Source: Utricularia gibba (Eukaryota > Plantae > Magnoliophyta). Taken from it: a stretch of DNA of 40,695 nucleotides. Where the stretch lies: assembly GCA_002189035.1 (NCBI GenBank), contig NEEC01000262.1:1-40695 (forward strand). The letters run 5' to 3'. The notes beneath the pieces were generated by a model. The model made no database searches. It was not told where the DNA came from and saw only the letters and a list, made by a program, of their open reading frames with translations. Position 1 is the stretch's first letter; each line of letters begins with the position of its first letter. Shown piece by piece: positions 25,205 through 37,200 of the stretch. A program made the position numbers and the translations under genes.

Positions 25205-27754
25205 GGTGCACCCAAAGACCGCCTGCTCAAGTATAAAGTAAGTTGTTGAAAAAATCATGTGGGGTGCACGTGATATCGCAATTTAAACAAATGCAACATT
25301 GTATTCATCGATTTGCATCCTTTTGTCCTCATGAGCCATAAAGAATCGCGGGCCGGACCAAGTTCCTAGCGAGACTGGCCGCCACAAAACGAGAAGCTGT
25401 TCCTTGAAAAACCATGTAGGCAACACCGAAAACCGAACGTTAATAAATACATCACTTTCTTTGCCGGGCTACAACTTACTTTGGGCCAAGGCCTAAGCTG
25501 ATCTTTTTCCGGTTCCAAGTGCACCCAAAGACCGCCTTCTCAAGTATAAAGTAAGTTGTTGAAAAAATCATGTGGGGTGCACGTGACATCATAATTTAAA
25601 CAAATGGATCATTTTTTTAATCGATTTGCATCCAGTTGACCTCATGAGCCATACAGAATCGGGGTCAAGGACCAAGTTCCCAGCGAGACTGGCCGCCACA
25701 AACGAGAAGCGGTTCCTTGAAAAACCATGTAGGCAGCCCCCGAAAACCGAACGATAATAAATACATCACTTTATTTGCCGGACTACAACTAACTCTCGTG
25801 CAAGCCAAACCTTACCTTTGTCCCGTTCCAGGTGCACCCAAAGACCGCCTGCTCAAGTATAAAGTAAGTTGTTGAAAAAATCATGTGGGGTGCACGTGAT
25901 ATCGCAATTTAAACAAATGCAACATTGTATTCATCGATTTGCATCCTTTTGTCCTCATGAGCCATAAAGAATCGCGGGCCCGGACCAAGTTCCTAGCGAG
26001 ACTGGCCGCCACAAAACGAGAAGCTGTTCCTTGAAAAACCATGTAGGCAACACCGAAAACCGAACGTTAATAAATACATCACTTTCTTTGCCGGGCTACA
26101 ACTTACTTTGGGCCAAGGCCTAAGCTGATCTTTTTCCGGTTCCAAGTGCACCCAAGACCGCCTTCTCAAGTATAAAGTAAGTTGTTGAAAAAATCATGTG
26201 GGGTGCACGTGACATCATAATTTAAACAAATGGATCATTTTTTTAATCGATTTGCATCCAGTTGACCTCATGAGCCATACAGAATCGGGGTCAAGGACCA
26301 AGTTCCCAGCGAGACTGGCCCACAAACGAGAAGCGGTTCCTTGAAAAACCATGTAGGCAGCCCCCGAAAACCGAACGATAATAAATACATCACTTTATTT
26401 GCCGGACTACAACTAACTCTCTGCAAGCCAAACCTTACCTTTGTCCCGTTCCAGTGCACCCAAAGACCGCCTCTCAAGTATAAAGTAAGTTGTTGAAAAA
26501 ATCATGTGGGGTGCACGTGATATCGCAATTTAAACAAATGCAACATTGTATTCATCGATTTGCATCCTTTTGTCCTCATGAGCCATAAAGAATCGCGGGC
26601 CCGGACCAAGTTCCTAGCGAGACTGGCCGCCACAAAACGAGAAGCTGTTCCTTGAAAAACCATGTAGGCAACACCGAAAACCGAACGTTAATAAATACAT
26701 CACTTTCTTTGCCGGGCTACAACTTACTTTGGGCCAAGGCCTAAGCTGATCTTTTTCCGGTTCCAAGTGCACCAAAGACCGCCTTCTCAAGTATAAAGTA
26801 AGTTGTTGAAAAAATCATGTGGGGTGCACGTGACATCATAATTTAAACAAATGATCATTTTTTTTAATCGATTTGCATCCAGTTGACCTCATGAGCCATA
26901 CAGAATCGGGGTCAAGGACCAAGTTCCCAGCGAGACTGGCCGCCACAAAACGAGAAGCGGTTCCTTGAAAAACCATGTAGGCAGCCCCCGAAAACCGAAC
27001 GATAATAAATACATCACTTTATTTGCCGGACTACAACTAACTCTCGGTGCAAGCCAAACCTTACCTTTGTCCCGTTCCAGGTGCACCCAAAGACCGCCTG
27101 CTCAAGTATAAAGTAAGTTGTTGAAAAAATCATGTGGGTGCACGTGATATCGCAATTTAAACAAATGCAACATTGTATTCATCGATTTGCATCCTTTTGT
27201 CCTCATGAGCCATAAAGAATCGCGGCCCGGACCAAGTTCCTAGCGAGACTGGCCGCCACAAAACGAGAAGCTGTTCCTTGAAAAACCATGTAGGCAACAC
27301 CGAAACCGAACGTTAATAAATACATCACTTTCTTTGCCGGGCTACAACTTACTTTGGGCCAAGGCCTAAGCTGATCTTTTTCCGGTTCCAAGTGCACCCA
27401 AAGACCGCCTTCTCAAGTATAAAGTAAGTTGTTGAAAAAATCATGTGGGGTGCACGTGACATCATAATTTAAACAAATGGATCATTTTTTTAATCGATTT
27501 GCATCCAGTTGACCTCATGAGCCATACAGAATCGGGGTCAAGGACCAAGTTCCCAGCGAGACTGGCCGCCACAAAACGAGAAGCGGTTCCTTGAAAAACC
27601 ATGTAGGCAGCCCCGAAAACCGAACGATAATAAATACATCACTTTATTTGCCGGACTACAACTAACTCTCGGTGCAAGCCAAACCTTACCTTTGTCCCGT
27701 TCCAGGTGCACCCAAAGACCGCCTGCTCAAGTATAAAGTAAGTTGTTGAAAAAA

Positions 27755-28068
27755 TCATGTGGGGTGCACGTGATATCGCAATTTAAACAAATGCAACATT
27801 GTATTCATCGATTTGCATCCTTTTGTCCTCATGAGCCATAAAGAATCGCGGGCCCGGACCAAGTTCCTAGCGAGACTGGCCGCCACAAAACGAGAAGCTG
27901 TTCCTTGAAAAACCATGTAGGCAACACCGAAAACCGAACGTTAATAAATACATCACTTTCTTTGCCGGGCTACAACTTACTTTGGGCCAAGGCCTAAGCT
28001 GATCTTTTTCCGGTTCCAAGTGCACCCAAAGACCGCCTTCTCAAGTATAAAGTAAGTTGTTGAAAAAA
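27755..28068 (+). repeat. Reference copy of monomer type B (314 bp)
   Basis: Diagnostic sites: gtgatatcgcaat, gcaacattgtattcatcgat, ccttttgtcct, cataaag, cgcgggcccgg, cctagcg, aagctgtt, ggcaacaccg, aacgttaat, tttctttgccgggct, acttactttgggccaaggcctaagctgatctttttccggttccaag, ccttctcaag. About 40 differences from A by hand alignment, 13 of them in one 42-bp block near the 3' end. Confidence 0.97.
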
Positions 28069-31000
28069 TCATGTGGGGTGCACGTGACATCATAATTTAA
28101 ACAAATGGATCATTTTTTTTAATCGATTTGCATCCAGTTGACCTCATGAGCCATACAGAATCGGGGTCAAGGACCAAGTTCCCAGCGAGACTGGCCGCCA
28201 CAAAACGAGAAGCGGTTCCTGAAAAACCATGTAGGCAGCCCCCGAAAACCGAACGATAATAAATACATCACTTTATTTGCCGGACTACAACTAACTCTCG
28301 GTGCAAGCCAAACCTTACCTTTGTCCCGTTCCAGGTGCACCCAAAGACCGCCTGCTCAAGTATAAAGTAAGTTGTTGAAAAAATCATGTGGGGTGCACGT
28401 GATATCGCAATTTAAACAAATGCAACATTGTATTCATCGATTTGCATCCTTTTGTCCTCATGAGCCATAAAGAATCGCGGGCCGGACCAAGTTCCTAGCG
28501 AGACTGGCCGCCACAAAACGAGAAGCTGTTCCTTGAAAAACCATGTAGGCAACACCGAAAACCGAACGTTAATAAATACATCACTTTCTTTGCCGGGCTA
28601 CAACTTACTTTGGGCCAAGGCCTAAGCTGATCTTTTTCCGGTTCCAAGTGCACCCAAAGACCGCCTTCTCAAGTATAAAGTAAGTTGTTGAAAAAATCAT
28701 GTGGGGTGCACGTGACATCATAATTTAAACAAATGATCATTTTTTTAATCGATTTGCATCCAGTTGACCTCATGAGCCATACAGAATCGGGGTCAAGGAC
28801 CAAGTTCCCAGCGAGACTGGCCGCCACAAAACGAGAAGCGGTTCCTTGAAAAACCATGTAGGCAGCCCCGAAAACCGAACGATAATAAATACATCACTTT
28901 ATTTGCCGGACTACAACTAACTCTCGGTGCAAGCCAAACCTTACCTTTGTCCCGTTCCAGGTGCACCCAAAGACCGCCTGCTCAAGTATAAAGTAAGTTG
29001 TTGAAAAAATCATGTGGGGTGCACGTGATATCGCAATTTAAACAAATGCAACATTGTATTCATCGATTTGCATCCTTTTGTCCTCATGAGCCATAAAGAA
29101 TCGCGGGCCCGGACCAAGTTCCTAGCGAGACTGGCCGCCACAAAACGAGAAGCTGTTCCTTGAAAAACCATGTAGGCAACACCGAAAACCGAACGTTAAT
29201 AAATACATCACTTTCTTTGCCGGGCTACAACTTACTTTGGGCCAAGGCCTAAGCTGATCTTTTTCCGGTTCCAAGTGCACCCAAAGACCGCCTTCTCAAG
29301 TATAAAGTAAGTTGTTGAAAAAATCATGTGGGGTGCACGTGACATCATAATTTAAACAAATGGATCATTTTTTTTAATCGATTTGCATCCAGTTGACCTC
29401 ATGAGCCATACAGAATCGGGGTCAAGGACCAAGTTCCCAGCGAGACTGGCCGCCACAAACGAGAAGCGGTTCCTTGAAAAACCATGTAGGCAGCCCCCGA
29501 AAACCGAACGATAATAAATACATCACTTTATTTGCCGGACTACAACTAACTCTCGGTGCAAGCCAAACCTTACCTTTGTCCCGTTCCAGTGCACCCAAAG
29601 ACCGCCTGCTCAAGTATAAAGTAAGTTGTTGAAAAAATCATGTGGGGTGCACGTGATATCGCAATTTAAACAAATGCAACATTGTATTCATCGATTTGCA
29701 TCCTTTTGTCCTCATGAGCCATAAAGAATCGGGCCCGGACCAAGTTCCTAGCGAGACTGGCCGCACAAAAACGAGAAGCTGTTCCTTGAAAAACCATGTA
29801 GGCAACACGAAAACCGAACGTTAATAAATACATCACTTTCTTTGCCGGGCTACAACTTACTTTGGGCCAAGGCCTAAGCTGATCTTTTTCCGGTTCCAAG
29901 TGCACCCAAAGACCGCCTTCTCAAGTATAAAGTAAGTTGTTGAAAAAATCATGTGGGGTGCACGTGACATCATAATTTAAACAAATGGATCATTTTTTTT
30001 AATCGATTTGCATCCAGTTGACCTCATGAGCCATACAGAATCGGGGTCAAGGACCAAGTTCCCAGCGAGACTGGCCGCCACAAAACGAGAAGCGGTTCCT
30101 TGAAAAACCATGTAGGCAGCCCCCGAAAACCGAACGATAATAAATACATCACTTTATTTGCCGGACTACAACTAACTCTCGGTGCAAGCCAAACCTTACC
30201 TTTGTCCCGTTCCAGTGCACCCAAAGACCGCCTGCTCAAGTATAAAGTAAGTTGTTGAAAATCATGTGGGGTGCACGTGATATCGCAATTTAAACAAATG
30301 CAACATTGTATTCATCGATTTGCATCCTTTTGTCCTCATGAGCCATAAAGAATCGCGGGCCCGGACCAAGTTCCTAGCGAGACTGGCCGCCACAAAACGA
30401 GAAGCTGTTCCTTGAAAAACCATGTAGGCAACACCGAAAACCGAACGTTAATAAATACATCACTTTCTTTGCCGGGCTACAACTTACTTTGGGCCAAGGC
30501 CTAAGCTGATCTTTTTCCGGTTCCAAGTGCACCCAAAGACCGCCTCTCAAGTATAAAGTAAGTTGTTGAAAAAATCATGTGGGGTGCACGTGACATCATA
30601 ATTTAACAAATGGATCATTTTTTTTAATCGATTTGCATCCAGTTGACCTCATGAGCCATACAGAATCGGGGTCAAGGACCAAGTTCCCAGCGAGACTGGC
30701 CGCCACAAAACGAGAAGCGGTTCCTTGAAAAACCATGTAGGCAGCCCCCGAAAACCGAACGATAATAAATACATCACTTTATTTGCCGGACTACAACTAA
30801 CTCTCGGTGCAAGCCAAACCTTACCTTTGTCCCGTTCCAGGTGCACCCAAAGACCGCCTGCTCAAGTATAAAGTAAGTTGTTGAAAAAATCATGTGGGGT
30901 GCACGTGATATCGCAATTTAAACAAATGCAACATTGTATTCATCGATTTGCATCCTTTTGTCCTCATGAGCCATAAAGAATCGCGGGCCCGGACCAAGTT

Positions 31001-32444
31001 CCTAGCGAGACTGGCCGCCACAAAACGAGAAGCTGTTCCTTGAAAAACCATGTAGGCAACACCGAAAACCGAACGTTAATAAATACATCACTTTCTTTGC
31101 CGGGCTACAACTTACTTTGGGCCAAGGCCTAAGCTGATCTTTTTCCGGTTCCAAGTGCACCCAAAGACCGCCTTCTCAAGTATAAAGTAAGTTGTTGAAA
31201 AAATCATGTGGGGTGCACGTGACATCATAATTTAAACAAATGGATCATTTTTTTTAATCGATTTGCATCCAGTTGACCTCATGAGCCATACAGAATCGGG
31301 GTCAAGGACCAAGTTCCCAGCGAGACTGGCCGCCACAAACGAGAAGCGGTTCCTTGAAAAACCATGTAGGCAGCCCCCGAAAACCGAACGATAATAAATA
31401 CATCACTTTATTTGCCGGACTACAACTAACTCTCTGCAAGCCAAACCTTACCTTTGTCCCGTTCCAGGTGCACCCAAAGACCGCCTGCTCAAGTATAAAG
31501 TAAGTTGTTGAAAAAATCATGTGGGGTGCACGTGATATCGCAATTTAAACAAATGCAACATTGTATTCATCGATTTGCATCCTTTTGTCCTCATGAGCCA
31601 TAAAGAATCGCGGGCCCGGACCAAGTTCCTAGCGAGACTGGCCGCCACAAAACGAGAAGCTGTTCCTTGAAAAACCATGTAGGCAACACCGAAAACCGAA
31701 CGTTAATAAATACATCACTTTCTTTGCCGGGCTACAACTTACTTTGGGCCAAGGCCTAAGCTGATCTTTTTCCGTTCCAAGTGCCCAAGACCGCCTTCTC
31801 AAGTATAAAGTAAGTTGTTGAAAAAATCATGTGGGGTGCACGTGACATCATAATTTAAACAAATGATCATTTTTTTTAATCGATTTGCATCCAGTTGACC
31901 TCATGAGCCATACAGAATCGGGGTCAAGGACCAAGTTCCCAGCGAGACTGGCCGCCACAAACGAGAAGCGGTTCCTTGAAAAACCATGTAGGCAGCCCCC
32001 GAAAACCGAACGATAATAAATACATCACTTTATTTGCCGGACTACAACTAACTCTCGGTGCAAGCCAAACCTTACCTTTGTCCCGTTCCAGGTGCACCAA
32101 AGACCGCCTGCTCAAGTAAATAAGTTGTTGAAAAAATCATGTGGGGTGCACGTGATATCGCAATTTAAACAAATGCAAATTCATCGATTTGCATCCTTTT
32201 GTCCTCATGAGCCATAAAGAATCGCGGGCCCGGACCAAGTTCCTAGCGAGACTGGCCGCCACAAAACGAGAAGCTGTTCCTTGAAAAACCATGTAGGCAA
32301 CACCGAAAACCGAACGTTAATAAATACATCACTTTCTTTGCCGGGCTACAACTTACTTTGGGCCAAGGCCTAAGCTGATCTTTTTCCGGTTCCAAGTGCA
32401 CCCAAAGACCGCCTTCTCAAGTATAAAGTAAGTTGTTGAAAAAA

Positions 32445-32603
32445 TCATGTGGGGTGCACGTGACATCATAATTTAAACAAATGGATCATTTTTTTTAATC
32501 GATTTGCATCCAGTTGACCTCATGAGCCATACAGAATCGGGGTCAAGGACCAAGTTCCCAGCGAGACTGGCCGCCACAAAACGAGAAGCGGTTCCTTGAA
32601 AAA
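32445..32603 (+). repeat. First ~157-159 bp sub-repeat (half-monomer) of type A; second half is 32604-32760
   Basis: The halves align in register: ttgaaaaaatcatgtgggg vs ttgaaaaaccatgtaggc; aaacaaatg(g/c)atcattttt vs aataaatacatcactttat; agccata vs agccaaa; cca(a)gttcccagcgagactggccgccacaa vs ccaggtgcacccaaagaccgcctgctcaa. Halves are 159+157 bp in A and 158+156 bp in B. Confidence 0.85.
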
Positions 32604-32760
32604 CCATGTAGGCAGCCCCCGAAAACCGAACGATAATAAATACATCACTTTATTTGCCGGACTACAACTAACTCTCGGTGCAAGCCAAACCTTACCTTTG
32701 TCCCGTTCCAGGTGCACCCAAAGACCGCCTGCTCAAGTATAAAGTAAGTTGTTGAAAAAA
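32445..32760 (+). repeat. Reference copy of monomer type A (316 bp, ~45% GC)
   Basis: Diagnostic sites: gtgacatcataat, atca-T8-aatcgat, ccagttgacct, catacag, cggggtcaagg, cccagcg, aagcggtt, ggcagcccccg, aacgataat, tttatttgccggact, actaactctcggtgcaagccaaaccttacctttgtcccgttccagg, cctgctcaag. Length and GC counted by hand. Confidence 0.97.
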
Positions 32761-34240
32761 TCATGTGGGGTGCACGTGATATCGCAATTTAAACAAATGC
32801 AACATTGTATTCATCGATTTGCATCCTTTTGTCCTCATGAGCCATAAAGAATCGCGGGCCCGGACCAAGTTCCTAGCGAGACTGGCCGCCACAAAACGAG
32901 AAGCTGTTCCTTGAAAAACCATGTAGGCAACACCGAAAACCGAACGTTAATAAATACATCACTTTCTTTGCCGGGCTACAACTTACTTTGGGCCAAGGCC
33001 TAAGCTGATCTTTTTCCGGTTCCAAGTGCACCCAAAGACCGCCTTCTCAGTATAAAGTAAGTGTTGAAAAAATCATGTGGGGTGCACGTGACATCATAAT
33101 TTAAACAAATGGATCATTTTTTTTAATCGATTTGCATCCAGTTGACCTCATGAGCCATACAGAATCGGGGTCAAGGACCAAGTTCCCAGCGAGACTGGCC
33201 GCCACAAAACGAGAAGCGGTTCCTTGAAAAACCATGTAGGCAGCCCCGAAAACCGAACGATAATAAATACATCACTTTATTTGCCGGACTACAACTAACT
33301 CTCGTGCAAGCCAAACCTTACCTTTGTCCCGTTCCAGGTGCACCCAAAGACCGCCTGCTCAAGTATAAAGTAAGTTGTTGAAAAAATCATGTGGGGTGCA
33401 CGTGATATCGCAATTTAAACAAATGCAACATTGTATTCATCGATTTGCATCCTTTTGTCCTCATGAGCCATAAAGAATCGCGGGCCCGGACCAAGTTCCT
33501 AGCGAGACTGGCCGCCACAAAACGAGAAGCTGTTCCTTGAAAAACCATGTAGGCAACACCGAAAACCGAACGTTAATAAATACATCACTTTCTTTGCCGG
33601 GCTACAACTTACTTTGGGCCAAGGCCTAAGCTGATCTTTTTCCGGTTCCAAGTGCCCCAAAGACCGCCTCTCAAGTATAAAGTAAGTTGTTGAAAAAATC
33701 ATGTGGGGTGCACGTGACATCATAATTTAAACAAATGGATCATTTTTTTTAATCGATTTGCATCCAGTTGACCTCATGAGCCATACAGAATCGGGGTCAA
33801 GGACCAAGTTCCCAGCGAGACTGGCCGCCACAAAACGAGAAGCGGTTCCTTGAAAAACCATGTAGGCAGCCCCCGAAAACCGAACGATAATAAATACATC
33901 ACTTTATTTGCCGGACTACAACTAACTCTCGGTGCAAGCCAAACCTTACCTTTGTCCCGTTCCAGGTGCACCAAAGACCGCCTGCTCAAGTATAAAGTAA
34001 GTTGTTGAAAAAATCATGTGGGGTGCACGTGATATCGCAATTTAAACAAATGCAACATTGTATTCATCGATTTGCATCCTTTTGTCCTCATGAGCCATAA
34101 AGAATCGCGGCCCGGACCAAGTTCCTAGCGAGACTGGCCGCCACAAACGAGAAGCTGTTCCTTGAAAAACCATGTAGGCAACACCGAAAACCGAACGTTA
34201 ATAAATACATCACTTTCTTTGCCGGGCTACAACTTACTTT

Positions 34241-34251
34241 GGCCTTTTTTT
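34241..34251 (+). other. Junction of a ~125-bp deletion removing a B tail and the next A head
   Basis: Sequence reads aacttactttggcc|tttttttaatcgat. B-to-B spacing is 34014 to 34513 = 499 bp instead of ~625-630. Confidence 0.92.
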
Positions 34252-37200
34252 AATCGATTTGCATCCAGTTGACCTCATGAGCCATACAGAATCGGGTCAA
34301 GGACCAAGTTCCCAGCGAGACTGGCCGCCACAAAACGAGAAGCGGTTCCTTGAAAAACCATGTAGGCAGCCCCGAAAACCGAACGATAATAAATACATCA
34401 CTTTATTTGCCGGACTACAACAACTCTCGGTGCAAGCCAAACCTTACCTTTGTCCCGTTCCAGGTGCACCCAAAGACCGCCTGCTCAAGTATAAAGTAAG
34501 TTGTTGAAAAAATCATGTGGGGTGCACGTGATATCGCAATTTAAACAAATGCAACATTGTATTCATCGATTTGCATCCTTTTGTCCTCATGAGCCATAAA
34601 GAATCGCGGGCCCGGACCAAGTTCCTAGCGAGACTGGCCGCCACAAAACGAGAAGCTGTTCCTTGAAAAACCATGTAGGCAACACCGAAAACCGAACGTT
34701 AATAAATACATCACTTTCTTTGCCGGGCTACAACTTACTTTGGGCCAAGGCCTAAGCTGATCTTTTTCCGGTTCCAAGTGCACCCAAAGACCGCCTTCTC
34801 AAGTATAAAGTAAGTTGTTGAAAAAATCATGTGGGGTGCACGTGACATCATAATTTAAACAAATGGATCATTTTTTTTAATCGATTTGCATCCAGTTGAC
34901 CTCATGAGCCATACAGAATCGGGGTCAAGGACCAAGTTCCCAGCGAGACTGGCCGCCACAAAACGAGAAGCGGTTCCTTGAAAAACCATGTAGGCAGCCC
35001 CCGAAAACCGAACGATAAAATACATCACTTTATTTGCCGGACTACAACTAACTCTCGTGCAAGCCAAACCTTACCTTTGTCCCGTTCCAGTGCACCCAAA
35101 GACCGCCTGCTCAAGTATAAAGTAAGTTGTTGAAAAAAATCATGTGGGGTGCACGTGATATCGCAATTTAAACAAATGCAACATTGTATTCATCGATTTG
35201 CATCCTTTTGTCCTCATGAGCCATAAAGAATCGCGGGCCCGGACCAAGTTCCTAGCGAGACTGGCCGCCACAAAACGAGAAGCTGTTCCTTGAAAAACCA
35301 TGTAGGCAACCGAAAACCGAACGTTAATAAATACATCACTTTCTTTGCCGGGCTACAACTTACTTTGGGCCAAGGCCTAAGCTGATCTTTTTCCGGTTCC
35401 AAGTGCACCCAAAGACCGCCTTCTCAAGTATAAAGTAAGTTGTTGAAAAAATCATGTGGGTGCACGTGACATCATAATTTAAACAAATGGATCTTTTTTT
35501 TAATCGATTTGCATCCAGTTGACCTCATGAGCCATACAGAATCGGGTCAAGGACCAAGTTCCCAGCGAGACTGGCCGCCACAAAACGAGAAGCGGTTCCT
35601 TGAAAAACCATGTAGGCAGCCCCGAAAACCGAACGATAATAAATACATCACTTTATTTGCCGGACTACAACTAACTCTCGGTGCAAGCCAAACCTTACCT
35701 TTGTCCCGTTCCAGGTGCACCCAAAGACCGCCTGCTCAAGTATAAAGTAAGTTGTTGAAAAAATCATGTGGGTGCACGTGATATCGCAATTTAAACAAAT
35801 GCAACATTGTATTCATCGATTTGCATCCTTTTGTCCTCATGAGCCATAAAGAATCGCGGGCCCGGACCAAGTTCCTAGCGAGACTGGCCGCCACAAAACG
35901 AGAAGCTGTTCCTTGAAAAACCATGTAGGCAACACCGAAAACCGAACGTTAATAAATACATCACTTTCTTTGCCGGGCTACAACTTACTTTGGGCCAAGG
36001 CCTAAGCTGATCTTTTTCCGGTTCCAAGTGCCCCCAAGACCGCCTTCTCAAGTATAAAGTAAGTTGTTGAAAAAATCATGTGGGGTGCACGTGACATCAT
36101 AATTTAAACAAATGGATCATTTTTTTTAATCGATTTGCATCCAGTTGACCTCATGAGCCATACAGAATCGGGTCAAGGACCAAGTTCCCAGCGAGACTGG
36201 CCGCCACAAAACGAGAAGCGGTTCCTTGAAAAACCATGGCAGCCCCCGAAAACCGAACGATAATAAATACATCACTTTATTTGCCGGACTACAACTAACT
36301 CTCGTGCAAGCCAAACCTTACCTTTGTCCCGTTCCAGGTGCACCAAAGACCGCCTGCTCAAGTATAAAGTAAGTTGTTGAAAAAATCATGTGGGTGCACG
36401 TGATATCGCAATTTAAACAAATGCAACATTGTATTCATCGATTTGCATCCTTTTGTCCTCATGAGCCATAAAGAATCGCGGGCCCGGACCAAGTTCCTAG
36501 CGAGACTGGCCGCCACAAAACGAGAAGCTGTTCCTTGAAAAACCATGTAGGCAACACCGAAAACCGAACGTTAATAAATACATCACTTTCTTTGCCGGGC
36601 TACAACTTACTTTGGGCCAAGGCCTAAGCTGATCTTTTTCCGGTTCCAAGTGCACCCAAAGACCGCCTTCTCAAGTATAAAGTAAGTTGTTGAAAAAATC
36701 ATGTGGGGTGCACGTGACATCATAATTTAAACAAATGGATCATTTTTTTAATCGATTTGCATCCAGTTGACCTCATGAGCCATACAGAATCGGGTCAAGG
36801 ACCAAGTTCCCAGCGAGACTGGCCGCCACAAACGAGAAGCGGTTCCTTGAAAAACCATGTAGGCAGCCCCCGAAAACCGAACGATAATAAATACATCACT
36901 TTATTTGCCGGACTACAACTAACTCTCGTGCAAGCCAAACCTTACCTTTGTCCCGTTCCAGGTGCACCCAAAGACCGCCTGCTCAAGTATAAAGTAAGTT
37001 GTTGAAAAAATCATGTGGGGTGCACGTGATATCGCAATTTAAACAAATGCAACATTGTATTCATCGATTTGCATCCTTTTGTCCTCATGAGCCATAAAGA
37101 ATCGCGGGCCCGGACCAAGTTCCTAGCGAGACTGGCCGCCACAAAACGAGAAGCTGTTCCTTGAAAAACCATGTAGGCAACACCGAAAACCGAACGTTAA

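Noticed and set aside
32614-32633. CENP-B-box-like TTCG...CGGG on the minus strand of A monomers only (gttcggttttcggggg)
   Set aside because: The spacer is 5 nt rather than the 7 nt (NNNNANN) of the canonical box and the central A is absent, so it is not a valid CENP-B box.
32735-32746. TATA-like gtataaag near the end of each monomer
   Set aside because: No convincing initiator or downstream gene, and such a motif is expected by chance in A-rich sequence.
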